DNA from: Orbicella franksi
Lineage: Eukaryota
Direction of reading: 5' to 3'
Length of the DNA stretch: 64,000 bases
Assembly (NCBI GenBank): GCA_964199315.1
Contig: OZ116698.1
Coordinates: 12,214,001-12,278,000, forward strand
Below the pieces are notes generated by a model. That model made no database searches. It was given only the letters and a program-made list of their open reading frames with translations, and was not told the DNA's origin. Below, one piece after another: positions 61,904-64,000 of the stretch. Numbering within the stretch: the stretch's first letter is position 1; each line of letters starts with the position of its first letter. The translations under genes and the position numbers were made by a program.

Positions 61904-62374
61904 ATGGATACTTTGCATTTGTTGCACATCCTTGGTAAAAGTGTTCAAGATATTGGACATGGTGTGATGCTTGCCAAACAAGACGATATCGACTCCAAAA
62001 CCCTGGTTTGTTTCTCGGACAAAAGAGGTGCATTTCACTTTGGCTTCGGCTACAAGTGCGGTGGGAGTCTTCGAGTGGTCTGCTGGGAGGAAGACGCCAA
62101 GAAACTCCGCACGGTGCCCGCGGGATCGTTCGTAATCGCCTTTACGGGAATACGTACGTGGAAGCATTTCGACGCGGAAAATTTTCAAAGCGGAGATTTC
62201 CTTTTCAAAGATTGGTTCGATGACGAGAAAAAGCGAGCTGTTGAAGCGGAGCTGCACGCATTGATCAGGAAAGAGGAAATGATCCATGACACTGTGGATC
62301 TCTTGGCTCGGCTCAATATCGAAGAAATTGGCAAAGCGATCGAGCATATCAAGCAACTGCGACCTGATTCTTGA
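61904..62374 (+). CDS. Uncharacterised 156-aa ORF with a possible RPA-like OB-fold segment
   Basis: Stop-free ORF with protein-like composition. GSLRVVCWEEDAKKLRTVPAGSFVIAFTGIR resembles the RPA OB-fold pattern (irvtlWgedA..). The antisense frame 61901-62410 is also open, so strand assignment is uncertain. Confidence 0.35.
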   Translation: MDTLHLLHILGKSVQDIGHGVMLAKQDDIDSKTLVCFSDKRGAFHFGFGYKCGGSLRVVCWEEDAKKLRTVPAGSFVIAFTGIRTWKHFDAENFQSGDFLFKDWFDDEKKRAVEAELHALIRKEEMIHDTVDLLARLNIEEIGKAIEHIKQLRPDS

Positions 62375-63056
62375 GCGTGACTGTGCTGTAAATTTGTTAG
62401 CAAGCAGCATAATTTTATCGACGCGTATAGTTTCGTTTTCACATAGGTTAGCAGTTGTTCTTTCCGATTAGTCTGGAGTGAAATGTACATCTCAGTAATG
62501 TGCATCTTCGTACAGAGGTTCTTACTTATTATATTTTCGGTCATCTATTTCATGTTCAAGACCTTCAAGTAAAGGCGGAAGTAGGTAGTCACTTGTTCTA
62601 TCTGGTACACTACTGGGGTCATTACCCCGACTTGTACTGGAGCATGTTTTTAACGTTATAGGTTTAAAGTTAAACTTTGTGAACGGCTTTGCTACAAATT
62701 CAATTATAATTCTTGTGATGTGTCTCTGAAATCAAGTCTTTTTTTTTTTTTACCTCCGGGAAGAGCAGAGATCGCGCCGATTCTAAGAAAAACAGGAAAT
62801 GGCTGAGGTAGTATAATCCTGCGTTCTTCTGAGCGAATCTGAACAATAATTAGCATGGAAGCCTTTCAGTTTTGTCCATACACGAAGAGAGGTTTATGTC
62901 ATGTTCTTGAAGAGAGTCTGTTTTATTACTGCTGGAATTAAACTGATTTCTTGTCTTGACATTGTTTTATTATTTTCACCAACCGTGACCTTAATAACAC
63001 TGTTTTTATCTTTATTATATAACTGAGAAAATTATTAACAAGTATCACAGCCACAG

Positions 63057-63582
63057 GTTTCATGTGACGTAGTCATTTTCCAAAATTAGAAATTATCTCT
63101 CCTTCTGAGGTTTTAGTTTCATCAGATAAAAGACCCTATACGAACGTGACGTTTGACAATGTTTTAGCTCGGCAGAGTTCTTTTTGTAATAGAGCACTCC
63201 AAGCTTTTGCGTTGCGTGACATGAAAATGGCGGCCCGAAAAGACTGTCGCGTAGGTCAAAAGATGAGTTACCGCTTTAGTTTTGGCTAAATAAACGGTGC
63301 TTGCATTAGAAGAAGCATTTATTTCAATGTGTCGGAGCTCTAAAGTAAAAATTTTCGTTTCAATAGCGAAACTCAACGACAGATGTTTTTGTTATTTCAC
63401 AAAGCTCTTTGAATTTGGGTGACACACTTCTGAGAATAACGGGCAAATGAAAAACAGCAGAAACCCGACTCTTGGCGAGGTTGCTTACATAGCAATCATC
63501 TTTTATATCCCAGATTCTTGAATTCATTTATTGAATGGTTACGATTTTTAGTTTTGATCACATGACTGGTGAAAACCGAGAG
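63057..63582. mobile_element. ~525-bp interspersed repeat downstream of the second MOV10 stop
   Basis: ggtttcatgtgacgt .. atcacatgactggtgaaaacc ends, with internal gcgtgacatgaaaatggcggcc; recalled as a coral repeat family. Confidence 0.55.
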
Positions 63583-63733
63583 TAAGAGGACTGAGATATC
63601 GTAAAACAAAATAGAGAAAAAAACAAGTCCGGTAAATTCAATCTTCAATATCGAAAAACAAACGATGTTCCCATTGCCGCTGTACTTTGCGCACGGTCCT
63701 TGACAACAAGGTGGTGTCTGGAATGGATCAAAT

Positions 63734-63801
63734 TTACTCGTGCCTAGTCCACTCTGGATGTTCTTGAAGTTGACGCTGACTGATGTCCGAATCATCAGCT
63801 T
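63734..63801 (-). CDS. MOV10: Terminal coding exon of a second, tandem MOV10 paralog (rest of the gene beyond the right edge)
   Basis: Acceptor tttttgtttcag, then phase-1 [22 protein letters not shown]. By manual alignment it matches the last exon of the MOV10 at 33958-33888 at 55/60 nt and 17/19 aa. Flanking intron and UTR sequences are unrelated. Confidence 0.85.
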
Positions 63802-64000
63802 CTGAAACAAAAAGTCAGCAATTGTGAGTCAACTAATCAGCTTAGTTAGTTGAAGTTTGCATGGGTGGCGCTGTTTACAAAGGTCTAACGTTATGTCAGC
63901 GTCAACAGCGTGCTGGGCATGCTCAGTTTCAATGGCTCATTTTCGTATTCCCCGTATTGGACTGGAACTAGCTTGCAACTGAGGCTAACGCGGGAAGTCT

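Overview
Eukaryotic, intron-rich, AT-rich genomic DNA. The gene content and recurrent short interspersed repeats suggest a cnidarian, probably a stony coral (inference). I reconstructed gene models by hand from splice sites and reading-frame phase. From left to right: XPNPEP3 (minus, truncated at the left edge, with a nested signal-anchor ORF in its large intron); ADAM10-like (plus, 5 exons); a divergent BOK-like Bcl-2 family gene (plus); clathrin light chain (minus) head-to-head with DNAJC19/PAM18 (plus); a complete MOV10-like SF1 RNA helicase (minus, 16 coding exons, N-terminal zinc finger, one GC-AG intron); a two-exon, ~2000-aa gene (minus); and the last exon of a second MOV10 paralog at the right edge. 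The ~2000-aa gene has the architecture CXorf38/DUF4559-like HEPN-type domain, coiled coil, hydrophobic helix, NACHT/TANC-like STAND NTPase, many ankyrin repeats. The ~20 kb between the two MOV10 copies is rich in transposons: a TIR element with a 6-bp TSD, a foldback element, a decayed Crypton-like fragment and several MITEs. The main candidate for a novel system is this putative HEPN-RNase-armed STAND/ankyrin receptor embedded in a tandem MOV10 array, possibly an antiviral or anti-transposon RNA-defence locus. No CRISPR arrays, rRNA or intact tRNA genes were seen. All family assignments come from motif recognition from memory, not from database searches.
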